From Fuscovulum sp. (GTDB taxonomy: Bacteria; Pseudomonadota; Alphaproteobacteria; Rhodobacterales; Rhodobacteraceae): a stretch of DNA of 64,000 bases. Location of the stretch: assembly GCA_041916535.1 (NCBI GenBank), contig JAYRZG010000007.1, positions 41,216 through 105,215 on the forward strand, read 5' to 3'. The notes under the pieces are model-generated. The model was not told the origin of the DNA and made no database searches. It saw only the letters and a program-made list of their open reading frames with translations. Of the stretch, positions 1 through 10,055 are shown piece after piece. A program made the position numbers and the translations under genes. The stretch's first letter is position 1; each line of letters opens with the position of its first letter.

Positions 1-63
1 GCGACATGACCAAGAGGGCCGCAAGGCCCGCACGGGCGATCCGCCGGACCGCCCGCCGCATCC

Positions 64-1095
64 TCAGCCCCGCCCGCGCGAGCGGATCATGCCGGTGATG
101 TCATAGACCCGATCAAGGATCGGGCGCGCGATGGCCTCGGCGCGGTCGGCGCCCTGGCCAAGGATGCGGTCGATCTCGGCCGGGTCTTTCAGAAGACGGT
201 TCATCTCGGTCGTGATCGGCGAGAGTTTCGCCACCGCAAGTTCCGCCAGCTTGGGCTTGAAGCTGCCGAACTGCGCGCCCGCATTCTCGGCCACCACCTC
301 GGCCGCCGACAGCCCCGACAGGCCGGCATAGATGTTCACCAGATTGCGCGCCTCGGGCCGGTCCTTCAGCCCGTCCAGCGTTTCCGGCAGCGGCTCGGGA
401 TCGGTCTTGGCCTTGCGGATCTTGGCGGCGATCGTATCGGCATCGTCGGTCAGGTTGATGCGGCTTTGATCCGACGGATCGGATTTCGACATCTTCTTGG
501 TGCCATCGCGCAAGGACATTACCCGCGTCGCCGCGCCTTCGATGACGGGTTCGGTGATCGGGAAGAAATCGACCTTGTAATCGTTGTTGAACTTGATCGC
601 GATGTCGCGGGTCAGCTCCAGATGCTGCTTCTGATCCTCGCCCACCGGCACCATCGTGGCGTGATAGACCAGGATGTCGGCCGCCATCAGCGCCGGATAG
701 GCGAACAGGCCCAGGCTGGCGGCTTCGGCATTCTTGCCCGCCGTCTTGTCCTTCCATTGCGTCATGCGGCCCATCCAGCCCATGCGCGCCACGCAGTTGA
801 AGATCCAGCCCAGTTCGGCATGGGCGCTGACCTGAGACTGGTTGAACAGGATCGAGCGCGCCGGGTCGATCCCCGCCGCGATAAAGGCTGCCGCCCCCTC
901 GCGCGTCTGCTGGCGCAGCTTGTCCGGATCCTGCCAGACGGTGATCGCGTGCATGTCAACCAGGCAGTAGATCGTCTCGATCCCCTCATCCTGCTTTTCG
1001 ACAAAGCGCTTCAGCGCGCCCAGGTAATTGCCCAGCGTCAGCCCGCCCGAGGGCTGGATGCCCGAGAAGATGCGCGGCTTGAAAGTAGCGGTCAT
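64..1095 (-). CDS. trpS: Tryptophan--tRNA ligase
   Basis: 343-aa ORF. It has the class I aaRS N-terminal signature ([15 protein letters not shown]) and a KMSKS motif (TKKMSKSD). Length is typical of bacterial TrpRS. Confidence 0.95.
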   Translation of the reverse strand: MTATFKPRIFSGIQPSGGLTLGNYLGALKRFVEKQDEGIETIYCLVDMHAITVWQDPDKLRQQTREGAAAFIAAGIDPARSILFNQSQVSAHAELGWIFNCVARMGWMGRMTQWKDKTAGKNAEAASLGLFAYPALMAADILVYHATMVPVGEDQKQHLELTRDIAIKFNNDYKVDFFPITEPVIEGAATRVMSLRDGTKKMSKSDPSDQSRINLTDDADTIAAKIRKAKTDPEPLPETLDGLKDRPEARNLVNIYAGLSGLSAAEVVAENAGAQFGSFKPKLAELAVAKLSPITTEMNRLLKDPAEIDRILGQGADRAEAIARPILDRVYDITGMIRSRGRG

Positions 1096-1211
1096 GGCGG
1101 GCTCCGTCTGGGTGGGCGGCTGGATTGTCGGCTGGAATGTCCGGCGGGACGTGGGTAGATGAAGGGGCGCGGGGCGTCAATTGCCCCGGACCGTCCGTGG
1201 AGAAGGTGCCA

Positions 1212-1901
1212 ATGACCGACCGCGACTACAATGCCCCGCCGCTGAACCCCTTGCCGTGGATCGTCTGGGCGCTGGCCCTCCCGCTGATCGCGGTCGAGGT
1301 GGTGGTGCAGCTTCACGCGCTTGGCCTGGCGGGCGGGGGCGTGTCGTCGAACTGGCGGCTGGAAGCCGTGCAGTATTTCGCCTTCGTCCCCGACTGGTTC
1401 CGCGAGGATCTGGCGACCGGCCGCCTGGCCGAGCGCGGCTACCGGCTGATCAGCTACATGCTGGTCAATGTCTCGTTGACCTCGACCGTTTTCTCGGTCG
1501 TCATGCTGCTGGCGCTGGGCAAGATGGTGGGCGAGGTCTTCCGCTGGTGGGCGGTGGCGCTGGTCTTCATCGCGGCGGCGGCGGTGGGCGCGCTGGCTTA
1601 TGCCTATTTCATCCCCGGCAACCAGACCCCGATCATCGGCACGTTTCCGGCGGTCTACGGGCTGATCGGCGCCTTCACCTTCATGCTCTGGGTGCGCCTG
1701 GCCGCGACCGGCGGCACCCAGGCCCGCGCCTTCACCCTGATCGGCTTCCTTCTGGGCTTCCAGCTTCTGTTCGGAATGCTGTTCGGCGGCAATTGGGAAT
1801 GGGTTGCCGATCTGGCGGGCTTCTCCACGGGATTCCTGCTCAGCTTCGTCGTCTCGCCCGGTGGCTGGTCGCGGGTAAGGACGCGGATGCGTGAGCGCTG
1901 A
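1212..1901 (+). CDS. Rhomboid-like polytopic membrane protein (catalytic residues apparently substituted)
   Basis: ORF 1125-1901 trimmed to ATG 1212, which is preceded by GGAGAAGG. It has multiple hydrophobic helices. Rhomboid-like blocks are YRLISYMLVNVSL..., GTFPAVYGLIGAF and ADLAGFSTGF. Confidence 0.6.
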   Translation: MTDRDYNAPPLNPLPWIVWALALPLIAVEVVVQLHALGLAGGGVSSNWRLEAVQYFAFVPDWFREDLATGRLAERGYRLISYMLVNVSLTSTVFSVVMLLALGKMVGEVFRWWAVALVFIAAAAVGALAYAYFIPGNQTPIIGTFPAVYGLIGAFTFMLWVRLAATGGTQARAFTLIGFLLGFQLLFGMLFGGNWEWVADLAGFSTGFLLSFVVSPGGWSRVRTRMRER

Positions 1902-1988
1902 GCGGCCCCTTCTCCGACGCTCAAATGCACCGCGGGCTGGTCGGGAAGGGTGGAAAACCCTTCCGAGAACGGGTCGCAGGGCCGCGCG

Positions 1989-3536
1989 TCAGGATTTGCG
2001 CCGCCGCAGCACCGATTTCAACTCCTTCACCCCCATCGCCCCGGTCAGGAAGACCGTCGCGAAATAGCTGACGGCGCCTGCAAGGATCAGCAGCAGCAGT
2101 ATTCCCAGCCGCTGCCCGGGCAGGATGGCGGCGGTGCCGAAAAATTCCATCAGACCCCAGAGCACCAGCCCCATCACCGCCGATGAGACGAAGACCAGCG
2201 GCACCCGGCGGCGGAACCGGGAATCCAGGCTTGCCGCCTCGCCCATGCTGCGCGTGCCGCGCCAAAGCTGCCAGACCATCGCCCAGGAGGACAGCGTGGT
2301 GCCAAGGGCGGCGGCAAGATAGCCGATCACCGGCATCAGCGCGAAGGCGATGACGGCATTCACCACCAGCGAGACGATGGCATAGTTGAAGGGCCGCCGC
2401 GTGTCTTCGCGGGCATAGTACAGCGGTTGCAGGACCTTGTGCAGCACGAAGGCGGGCAGACCCAGCGCATAGATCGCCAAGGCGGGCGCGGTGGCGGCGG
2501 AATCGGCGGCGGTATAGGCGCCGCGCTCGAACAGGACCGCGATCAGCGGCAGCGAGATGACGGCCAGAGCCACGGCGGCGGGTACGGTCAGGAACAGGGC
2601 AAACTCGGCCCCCCGGTTGAAGCTTTCACGCCCGCCCGCTTCATCCCCCGCCCGCAGGCGGCGCGACAGGTCGGGCAGCAGCACGACGCCCACCGCAATG
2701 CCCACCACGCCCAGCGGCAGCTGATACAGCCGGTCGGCATTATACAGCCAGGCCATCGCGCCCTCGGTGAACGAGGCCACCGTGCGCCCGACCAGCAAGT
2801 TGATCTGCACCACGCCGCCCGCCAGAACGGCAGGGGCGGCGATGATCGCCAGCCGCTTGAGGTCAGGCGTCAGGCGCGGGCGGCGAAAGGCGAGCGACCC
2901 GCCATGCCAGCGCAGCACCGCCCAGACGAACAGAAGCTGCAACACGCCCGACAGGGTGATGGTCCACACGAGCGTCCGCCCGATCTCCCAGCCGAAGGCG
3001 GGGGCGGCATACATCGAGATGACGAGGAAGACGTTCATCAAGACGGGCACGACCGCCGTGGCGAAGAAATGCCCCATCGCGTTCAGCATCCCCGAGATCA
3101 GCGCGGTCAGCGAGATGAAGAGGATGAAGGGAAAGGCGATCTGGCCCAAAGTCACGGCCAGGTCAAAGCGTTCATCGCCATAGAAGCCCTGCGCCATGGC
3201 CAGAACCAGAAGCGGCATGGCGATATGGCCGATCACCGAAAAAACGGTCAGAAGCGCCGCCATGCCCCAATAGGCGTCGCGCGCAAACCCTTCGGCATCC
3301 TCGCCCGCCTCAAGCTTCTTGGCGTACATTGGCACGAACGCCATGTTGAAGGCGCCCTCTGCGAAGAAGCGGCGGAACATGTTCGGCAGCGATTGCGCGA
3401 CGATATAGGCCTCGGCCACCGGGCCGGATCCCAGCCAGGCCGCGACCATGGCGTCGCGGATGAAGCCCACGACACGCGACAGCAGCGTCCAGACCCCGAC
3501 GGTCAGAAAGCCCGAGACCAGGCGGATCGGTTTCAT
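1989..3536 (-). CDS. murJ: Lipid II flippase MurJ (MviN family)
   Basis: ORF 1989-3611 trimmed to MKPIRLVSGF. The MurJ N-terminal signature is LLSRVVGFIRDAMVAAWLG...AFNMAFVP. It is a polytopic membrane protein of about 515 aa, and glnD-murJ synteny is common in alphaproteobacteria. Confidence 0.9.
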   Translation of the reverse strand: MKPIRLVSGFLTVGVWTLLSRVVGFIRDAMVAAWLGSGPVAEAYIVAQSLPNMFRRFFAEGAFNMAFVPMYAKKLEAGEDAEGFARDAYWGMAALLTVFSVIGHIAMPLLVLAMAQGFYGDERFDLAVTLGQIAFPFILFISLTALISGMLNAMGHFFATAVVPVLMNVFLVISMYAAPAFGWEIGRTLVWTITLSGVLQLLFVWAVLRWHGGSLAFRRPRLTPDLKRLAIIAAPAVLAGGVVQINLLVGRTVASFTEGAMAWLYNADRLYQLPLGVVGIAVGVVLLPDLSRRLRAGDEAGGRESFNRGAEFALFLTVPAAVALAVISLPLIAVLFERGAYTAADSAATAPALAIYALGLPAFVLHKVLQPLYYAREDTRRPFNYAIVSLVVNAVIAFALMPVIGYLAAALGTTLSSWAMVWQLWRGTRSMGEAASLDSRFRRRVPLVFVSSAVMGLVLWGLMEFFGTAAILPGQRLGILLLLILAGAVSYFATVFLTGAMGVKELKSVLRRRKS

Positions 3537-3579
3537 CTCTTGGCGGATCCTGCTTGAGTGGCGCTGGCGCCCACGACCT

Positions 3580-6396
3580 TCATCCCTGCGCCCGCTCCGT
3601 GCCCTCGACAATCGCCTGGCGCAGCTTGCGTTCCAGGCTTTCCTGCCGGCCCTTCTGGTGCAGCTTCAGCCCGAACATGTCCTTGACATAAAAGCTGTCC
3701 ACCACCTGCGCGCCATAGGTGGCGATCACGGCCGAGACGATCGAGATGTTGTTGTTCGCCAGGGTCCGCGTCAGGTCATACAAGAGGCCCGGTCGGTCGC
3801 GGGTGTCGACCTCGATGATCGTGTATATGTCCGACCCGTCATTGTCGAAAGTGATATGGGTCGGAAAGCGGAACTCGCGCTCGCGCTTCTTGACCTTGTC
3901 ACGGTCCTTCAGCGCATCGCGGGCGATGACCTCGCCCTTCAGCGTCTTCTCGATGATCTGGCGCAGCCGGGGCAGGCGCGAGGCCTCGTAGGGTTTGCCC
4001 TCGGCATCCTGGATCCAGAAGACCGGGGTCGCATAGCCATCCTTGGTCGTATAGGTCCGGGCGTCGCGCACATTGGCGCCCACCAGCGCCAGCGCGCCCG
4101 CAAGCCGCGAGAAGATACCGGGATGGTCGGCCAGCGCGAAAGCGGCGCGGGTCGCATCGCGCGCCTCGTCCGGGTGCAGGTCGATGCGGATCTCGTCATT
4201 GCCCAGCCCGCGCAGCAATTCGGCAAAGACGGCATGGGTCTCGGCGGGCAGGCCCTGCCAATAGGGTGCGTAATGGCGTTCGGTCTCGTGGCGCAGGTCC
4301 TTGGCATCCCAGGCGGCAAGCTGCGCCCGCAATGCGGCCTTGGCCTCATCCTCGCGATTCTCGCGGTTCAGGCTTTCCAGCCCGTCTTCCAGCGCCTCGG
4401 TCGTGCTCTTGTACAGGGTGCGCAGAAGCTGCGCCTTCCAGTTGTTCCAAGTGCCGGGGCCGACGCCGCGAATGTCGCAGACCGTCAGCACGGTCAGAAG
4501 ATCCAGCCGCTTGCGCGTCTTCACCGCCTTGGCGAAATCGCGCACCGTGCGCGGATCGCCGATGTCGCGTTTCTGCGCCATGTCCGACATCAGCAGGTGC
4601 CAGCGCACCAGCCATTCGACCGTCTCGGCCTCTTCCTCGTTCAGCCCCAGCCTCGGCGCGACCTTTCGGGCGATCTGAGCCCCCAGGATAGAATGATCTT
4701 CCGGGCGGCCCTTGCCGATGTCATGCAGCAGCAGCGCGACATAGAGGACGCGGCGGTTCACCCCTTCCTTCAGAATGCTCGAGGACAGCGGCAGATCCTC
4801 GACCAGTTCGCCCCGCTCGATCTGCGCGAGGCAAGAGATGCATTGGATGATATGCTCGTCCACCGTGTAATGGTGGTAGACGTTGAACTGCATCATCGCG
4901 ACGATCGGCTCGAATTCCGGGATGAAGGCTGCCAGCACCCCCAGCTCGTTCATCCGCCGCAGGCTGCGTTCCGGGTTGCCGTGTTTCAAGAGCAGGTCCA
5001 GGAAGATCCGCTTCGCCTCGGGGGCGTCCCGCATTCCGTCGTCGATCAGATGCAGATTGGCCGCGACCAGGCGCATGACATTGGGGTGCAGCAGATAGCC
5101 GGTGCGCAGGGCTTCCTCGAAGACGCGCAAGAGGTTCAGCTTGTCCTTCAGGAAATCCTGCGGATCGCGCAGGTCGATGCGGCCCTGCACTAGCCGGTAG
5201 CCCGATTTCACCCGCTTGCCGCGCTTGAAAAAGCCCAAAAGGCTCGCCTCGCGCTTGGCGTGGCGCGCCTCCAGCTCGGTCAGGAAGATGCGGGTCAATT
5301 CGCCCACACGGGTGGCCTGGCGGAAATAGTCCTGCATGAAATACTCGACATCGCGCCGTCCGCGCGTGTCGGCATAGCCCATGCGCGCCGCGACTTCGGG
5401 TTGCAGGTCGAAGGACAGGATGTCGGTCGCCCGCCCGGTCTGGAAATGCAGGTGGCAGCGCACCGCCCAGAGGAAATCCTCGGCCCGGGCGAAGGTCTCG
5501 TATTCCTCGCGGCTGAACAGGCCCGCATCGACCAGCCCCGCCGCCTTTGGCACGCGGTTCAGATATTTGCCGATCCAGTACAGGGTCTGCAGGTCGCGCA
5601 ATCCGCCCTTGCCCTCTTTCACGTTCGGTTCAAGCACATAGCGCTGGCCGCCCTGGCGGCGGTGGCGCTCGGCCCGTTCGGCAAGCTTTGCCTCGATGAA
5701 TTCCGGCCCGGTGTTGCGGAAAAGTTCGGTCCACAGCTTTTCTGCCAGCTCACCCGCCAGCGCCTCGTCACCGACGATGAAGCGATGCTCAAGAAGTGCG
5801 GTGCGGATGGTGATGTCCTCGCGCGCAAGGCGGATGCAATCCTTCACCGTGCGCGAGGAATGGCCGACCTTCAGCTTCAGGTCCCAAAGCATGTAGAGCA
5901 GGCTCTCGATCACGCTTTCGGCCCAGGGCGTGATCTTCCAGGGCGTCAGGAACAGCAGGTCCACGTCCGAGAACGGCGCCATCTCGGCCCGGCCATAGCC
6001 GCCGACGGCCAGAAGGGCGATGCGTTCCTGCCCGGTGGGGTTCGCCAAGGGGTGCAATTTGCGCGCGATGGCGAAGGCGGTGGTCACCAGCGCGTCGGTC
6101 ACCTGCGAGATCGCGGTCACCAGTGGTCGCGCCTCGCGCGGGCGCTCGGCGAAGGCCAGCGCCAGCGCGGCCATGGCGGAAGCGCGCGCCTCGGCCATGT
6201 GGCGGACCGCGATGGCGCGGATCTCGCGCGGTTTGGTCCCGGCAGGCACCGCCGCAAGGATGCAGGCCGTCAGGGCGTCAGGGTCGATCTCGGCGGCCCG
6301 TGCCTCCAGCGGGGGCGCCGCCGAAGGTAAGGGCGGGCCTTCATCCGGCAGGGGCGGCAGCGGGGGCGGGGCCAGCTTGTCGAGATCCTGGGGCAC
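3580..6396 (-). CDS. glnD: Bifunctional [protein-PII] uridylyltransferase/uridylyl-removing enzyme
   Basis: 938 aa. It has a nucleotidyltransferase motif (GGYGRAEMAPFSDVDLLFL), an HD domain (LLLHDIGKG) and two C-terminal ACT-like segments. Confidence 0.93.
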   Translation of the reverse strand: MPQDLDKLAPPPLPPLPDEGPPLPSAAPPLEARAAEIDPDALTACILAAVPAGTKPREIRAIAVRHMAEARASAMAALALAFAERPREARPLVTAISQVTDALVTTAFAIARKLHPLANPTGQERIALLAVGGYGRAEMAPFSDVDLLFLTPWKITPWAESVIESLLYMLWDLKLKVGHSSRTVKDCIRLAREDITIRTALLEHRFIVGDEALAGELAEKLWTELFRNTGPEFIEAKLAERAERHRRQGGQRYVLEPNVKEGKGGLRDLQTLYWIGKYLNRVPKAAGLVDAGLFSREEYETFARAEDFLWAVRCHLHFQTGRATDILSFDLQPEVAARMGYADTRGRRDVEYFMQDYFRQATRVGELTRIFLTELEARHAKREASLLGFFKRGKRVKSGYRLVQGRIDLRDPQDFLKDKLNLLRVFEEALRTGYLLHPNVMRLVAANLHLIDDGMRDAPEAKRIFLDLLLKHGNPERSLRRMNELGVLAAFIPEFEPIVAMMQFNVYHHYTVDEHIIQCISCLAQIERGELVEDLPLSSSILKEGVNRRVLYVALLLHDIGKGRPEDHSILGAQIARKVAPRLGLNEEEAETVEWLVRWHLLMSDMAQKRDIGDPRTVRDFAKAVKTRKRLDLLTVLTVCDIRGVGPGTWNNWKAQLLRTLYKSTTEALEDGLESLNRENREDEAKAALRAQLAAWDAKDLRHETERHYAPYWQGLPAETHAVFAELLRGLGNDEIRIDLHPDEARDATRAAFALADHPGIFSRLAGALALVGANVRDARTYTTKDGYATPVFWIQDAEGKPYEASRLPRLRQIIEKTLKGEVIARDALKDRDKVKKREREFRFPTHITFDNDGSDIYTIIEVDTRDRPGLLYDLTRTLANNNISIVSAVIATYGAQVVDSFYVKDMFGLKLHQKGRQESLERKLRQAIVEGTERAQG

Positions 6397-6428
6397 GTCT
6401 GGCCTTTTGGCTCTGGGTCAGTGCCGGG

Positions 6429-7607
6429 TCAGAACCCGGCACCGGCAAAGCTGCGGGGGGCCGGATCGATCACCACGGCCTGGCCCTGGCGGATTTCCGC
6501 AATCGCCAGCCCGCGCTCGTTCGAGCCGTCGGCACGCAGCCGGAAAATGCCAGAAACGCCGACGAAGCCCGCATTCTGGGTCAGCGACCCGCCTGACAGG
6601 TCTCGGCCCTGCTTGGCCAGCGCGCCGATGGCGGCGATGCCGTCATAGGCCAGGCCCGAAATCGGAAGCGGCGCCGCGCCATAGGCCGACATGTAGCGGC
6701 TCTGGAACTGGGCATAGAGATTGGGATCGGGCAGGGCGAACCAGCTTCCTTGCAGCGCGGGCAGCGACAGGGTCTGGCTCGGAATGTCCCAGCGGGTCAG
6801 GCCCAGGAATTTCATCGTCGCCGTGTCGAGGCCCGCCGCCACCAGCGATTGCGACAGGACGGGCAGGGCGCCCGCGGTATCGGCCGTCAGGAACAGGGCC
6901 GAGGCTTCGGCCGAGCGTGCAGTGGCGACAATGCCCGCCGCGGCGGCGGCAATGCCCGATTGCGAGAATTCATATGAGGTCGAGGCCACGACCGTGCCGC
7001 CCACCGCGGCGACGCCGCGCTGGATGGCGGCGCTGCCAGCCTCGCCGGCAGTGTTCTTGTCGGCGACGATCATCACGCGGTTCTTGCCCTGGCGCACGGC
7101 ATAGCCGGCGACGCGGCGGGCCGAATTCTCGAAGGTCGGGCCCAGGACAAAGACATTCCCGCCGGCGATGGCGGTGTTGTTCGAAAAGGCCAAAACGCTG
7201 ATCCCGCGCGGCGCCATGGCGACGCCCACGGCATTGGCCTCGGCGGCATAGACCGGGCCAAGGATGATCTGCGCGCCTTCATCGGCGGCCTGGGTGGCCA
7301 GCGAGGCCGCCATCGCGGGGCTGCCGCCGGTCTGGTAGACCTTGAGGTCGATCTGCGCGCCGCCGCCAAGATCGGCCACCGCCATCCGGGCGGCATTGGC
7401 CAGGCTGTCGGCCATGATCTGGTCCGAGGCATTGCCCGATCCGCCGGGAACCAGCAGCGCCACGGTGACCTTGCCGCCCTTGGGGGCGGGGCCGCCACCT
7501 TCGCCTGCGGGCACACAGGCCGACAGGATCAGGGCCATGACCGGGGCGAGAAGGACAAGAGCGAACCGGCCCAAGGACTTGCGGGCCAGATGGATTGCGG
7601 ACAACAT
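6429..7607 (-). CDS. LpoA-like / Leu-Ile-Val-binding-family periplasmic lipoprotein (putative penicillin-binding protein activator)
   Basis: Only the C-terminal 392 codons of the 863-aa track ORF are credible. The start is ATG 7607 (MLSAIHLARK), preceded by GAGGGGGA. It has a signal peptide with lipobox LILSAC and a type I periplasmic-binding fold sequence. It is divergent from rsmI and near yraN, as in enterobacterial lpoA. Confidence 0.7.
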   Translation of the reverse strand: MLSAIHLARKSLGRFALVLLAPVMALILSACVPAGEGGGPAPKGGKVTVALLVPGGSGNASDQIMADSLANAARMAVADLGGGAQIDLKVYQTGGSPAMAASLATQAADEGAQIILGPVYAAEANAVGVAMAPRGISVLAFSNNTAIAGGNVFVLGPTFENSARRVAGYAVRQGKNRVMIVADKNTAGEAGSAAIQRGVAAVGGTVVASTSYEFSQSGIAAAAAGIVATARSAEASALFLTADTAGALPVLSQSLVAAGLDTATMKFLGLTRWDIPSQTLSLPALQGSWFALPDPNLYAQFQSRYMSAYGAAPLPISGLAYDGIAAIGALAKQGRDLSGGSLTQNAGFVGVSGIFRLRADGSNERGLAIAEIRQGQAVVIDPAPRSFAGAGF

Positions 7608-7694
7608 GGGATTCCCCCTCGACAGGACAGGCGCGACGACCATGGGCAAGCTAAAGCGTTCCGACGGGGAAGTAAACTTGCGCGAGGCCCAACC

Positions 7695-8600
7695 ATGAGC
7701 GGCGCGGCGGGTTCCGGCGCGTCGGCGGAAAGGCCGGGCTGGACGGGCGGAAGCGGGCGGCCTGTGGCGGCTGGGCTGCACCTTGTCGCGACACCCATCG
7801 GCGCGGCGCGCGACATCACGCTGACCGCGCTCGACGTGCTGGCCGGGGCCGATATCCTGGCGGCCGAGGACACGCGCACCCTGCGCCATCTGATGGAAAT
7901 CCATGGCATCGCGCTGGCGGGCCGCCCGCTGATCGCCTGCCACGACCATAACGAGGCCGAGGTGCTGCCGCGCATTCTCGGCGCTCTGACCGCTGGGAAA
8001 TCCGTGGCCTATGCGTCCGAGGCCGGGACGCCGTTGGTATCCGACCCGGGCTTCATCCTGGCGCGGGCGGCGGCCGAGGCGGGGCAGAAGGTCATCGCCG
8101 CGCCCGGCGCTTCGGCGGTTCTGGCGGCTTTGACCGTAGCGGGTCTGCCCAGCGACCGCTTCCTGTTCGCAGGTTTCCCCCCGGCGGCAGCGGGCGAAAG
8201 GGCGCGCTTCCTGGCCGAGATGGCGGCGGTGCCCGCGACACTGGTCCTCTACGAATCGCCACGCCGGGTGCGGCGTCTGCTGGCCGAACTGTCGGCCGCC
8301 CTGGGCGGCACCCGCCGCGCGGCGCTGTGCCGCGAACTGACCAAGAAGCACGAAGAGGTGATCCGCGGCACATTGGACGAGATCCTTGCCGCCCTGGGCG
8401 ACAGCGACCCGAAGGGCGAGATCGTGCTCTGCCTCGACCGTGCCCCGCCCCGGGCGGCCGGGGCCGAAACCATCGAGGACGCGCTGCGGGTCGCGCTGCA
8501 AACCATGTCCGTAAAGGATGCCGCAACTTTTGTCGCGCAAACTACCGGGGCGCCGCGCCGCGAGGTCTATCAGGCCGCGCTGGCGCTGGCCAAGGCCTGA
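7695..8600 (+). CDS. rsmI: 16S rRNA (cytidine1402-2'-O)-methyltransferase
   Basis: ORF 7590-8600 trimmed to ATG 7695. It carries the tetrapyrrole-methylase-fold signature LHLVATPIGAARDITLTALDVLAGADILAAEDTR and is followed by yraN. Confidence 0.9.
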   Translation: MSGAAGSGASAERPGWTGGSGRPVAAGLHLVATPIGAARDITLTALDVLAGADILAAEDTRTLRHLMEIHGIALAGRPLIACHDHNEAEVLPRILGALTAGKSVAYASEAGTPLVSDPGFILARAAAEAGQKVIAAPGASAVLAALTVAGLPSDRFLFAGFPPAAAGERARFLAEMAAVPATLVLYESPRRVRRLLAELSAALGGTRRAALCRELTKKHEEVIRGTLDEILAALGDSDPKGEIVLCLDRAPPRAAGAETIEDALRVALQTMSVKDAATFVAQTTGAPRREVYQAALALAKA

Positions 8601-8615
8601 ACCCGGGAAAACCAG

Positions 8616-9011
8616 ATGCCCTTCGACTTTGCGCCCGACCTTGCCGAAACCCGTCGCTTGCGCGGAAAGCGGGCCTACCTGTCCGGCCTTGCTGCCGAAG
8701 CGGGCGTCGAACGCCATTACCTTCAGCTTGGCCAGAAGGTGCTTGCCCGGCGCTGGCGCGGGCTGTCCGGCGAGATCGACCTTGTGTTCGACGGGCCTGG
8801 GGGGCTGATCTTCGTCGAGGTCAAATGCGCCCCGACCCATGATCTGGCCGCTGAACGGCTGGATGCGGCGCAGCGCGGCCGCATCTGCCTTGCGGTCGAG
8901 GAATATGTCGATCAGGTGCTGGGCCAGCCCTTCATCGACCGCCAGTATCATCTGGCCACGGTCGATGGCACGGGCCAGCTCGCGATCCGCGACGATTTCT
9001 TCCAGCCCTGA
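8616..9011 (+). CDS. yraN: YraN family (UPF0102) endonuclease-like protein
   Basis: 131 aa. It has the typical UPF0102 core (GEIDLVFDGPGGLIFVEVK) and conserved position after rsmI. Confidence 0.85.
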   Translation: MPFDFAPDLAETRRLRGKRAYLSGLAAEAGVERHYLQLGQKVLARRWRGLSGEIDLVFDGPGGLIFVEVKCAPTHDLAAERLDAAQRGRICLAVEEYVDQVLGQPFIDRQYHLATVDGTGQLAIRDDFFQP

Positions 9012-9098
9012 ACCTGCCATCCCCGACGCCGCCTTCCGGCGGTTTGCATCGGGCGCGACAATGCGCCAGAAAGACGCGAGCCGAGAACGGAGCGCGCC

Positions 9099-10043
9099 AT
9101 GGCCCTGAAAGTCGCCCTGCAGATGGACCCGATCGGGTCGGTCAACATCAACGCCGATTCAACCTTTCGCATCGCGCTCGAGGCGCAGGCGCGCGGCCAT
9201 TCGCTGTTCTTCTACACGCCCGACAAGCTGGCCTTCGTCGAAGGCCGCGTCCTGGCGCGGGGCTTTCCGATCGAGCTGCGCCGCGAGATCGGCAATCATG
9301 TGACCTACGGTGCCGAGACCGAAGTCGATCTGGGCGATTTCGATGTGGTCTGGCTGCGCCAGGACCCGCCCTTCGACATGGCCTATATCACCTCGACCCA
9401 TCTTCTGGACATGATCCATCCGAAGACGCTGGTGGTGAATGACCCGTTCTGGGTGCGCAATTATCCCGAGAAACTTCTGGTCCTGCGCTTCCCGCAACTG
9501 ACGCCGCCCACCGCCATCGCCCGCGACCTGCAGACGATCCGCGACTTCAAGGCGCGGCATGGCGACATCATCCTCAAGCCGCTCTACGGCAATGGCGGCG
9601 CCGGGGTGTTCCGGCTGGACGAGAATGACCGCAATCTGTCGTCGCTTTACGAGCTGTTCACCGGGTTCTCTCGCGAACCCCTGATCGTGCAGAAGTTCCT
9701 GCCCGCCGTGGCCAAGGGCGACAAGCGGGTGATCCTGGTCGACGGCGAGGCGGTGGGGGCGATCAACCGCGTGCCCCAGGCGGGCGAGACGCGGTCGAAC
9801 ATGCATGTCGGCGGGCGGCCCGAGAAGATCGGGCTGAACGAGCGCGATCTGGAAATCTGCCGCACCATCGGCCCGGTGCTGCGCGAGAAGGGTCAGATCT
9901 TCGTTGGCATTGACGTGATTGGCGATTGGCTGACCGAGATCAACGTGACCTCGCCCACCGGCATCCAGGAACTGGAACGGTTCGACGGCACCAACACGGC
10001 CGCGAAGATTTGGCAGGCGATCGAGGCCAGGCGGGCGGGCTGA
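9099..10043 (+). CDS. gshB: Glutathione synthetase (ATP-grasp)
   Basis: 314 aa. The N-terminus [23 protein letters not shown] and the ATP-grasp C-terminal half are typical of prokaryotic GshB. Confidence 0.93.
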   Translation: MALKVALQMDPIGSVNINADSTFRIALEAQARGHSLFFYTPDKLAFVEGRVLARGFPIELRREIGNHVTYGAETEVDLGDFDVVWLRQDPPFDMAYITSTHLLDMIHPKTLVVNDPFWVRNYPEKLLVLRFPQLTPPTAIARDLQTIRDFKARHGDIILKPLYGNGGAGVFRLDENDRNLSSLYELFTGFSREPLIVQKFLPAVAKGDKRVILVDGEAVGAINRVPQAGETRSNMHVGGRPEKIGLNERDLEICRTIGPVLREKGQIFVGIDVIGDWLTEINVTSPTGIQELERFDGTNTAAKIWQAIEARRAG

Positions 10044-10055
10044 GGGGCAGGGACC

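Noticed and set aside
3448-5193. Long antisense/shadow ORFs opposite confident genes. This entry is the one opposite glnD. Others are 10104-11603, 14583-15692, 16197-18368, 19693-21108, 22199-23479, 23157-24527, 25298-26602, 29578-31665, 31947-33434, 36547-38367, 47566-49605, 50641-52605, 57000s and 60400-62247.
   Set aside because: Each lies fully opposite a gene with strong family signatures. Their translations are dominated by R, G, A, P, D, H and Q runs with no recognisable motifs, and stop codons are rare in GC-rich antisense frames. I treat them as non-coding.
6429-9020. 863-aa ORF on the minus strand spanning the lipoprotein gene, rsmI and yraN regions
   Set aside because: Only the last 392 codons (from MLSAIHLARK, with RBS and lipoprotein signal) look like a real protein. 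The upstream 470 codons are antisense to the well-supported rsmI and yraN genes. They have the Arg/Gly/Ala/Pro-rich, low-complexity composition typical of shadow frames in high-GC DNA.
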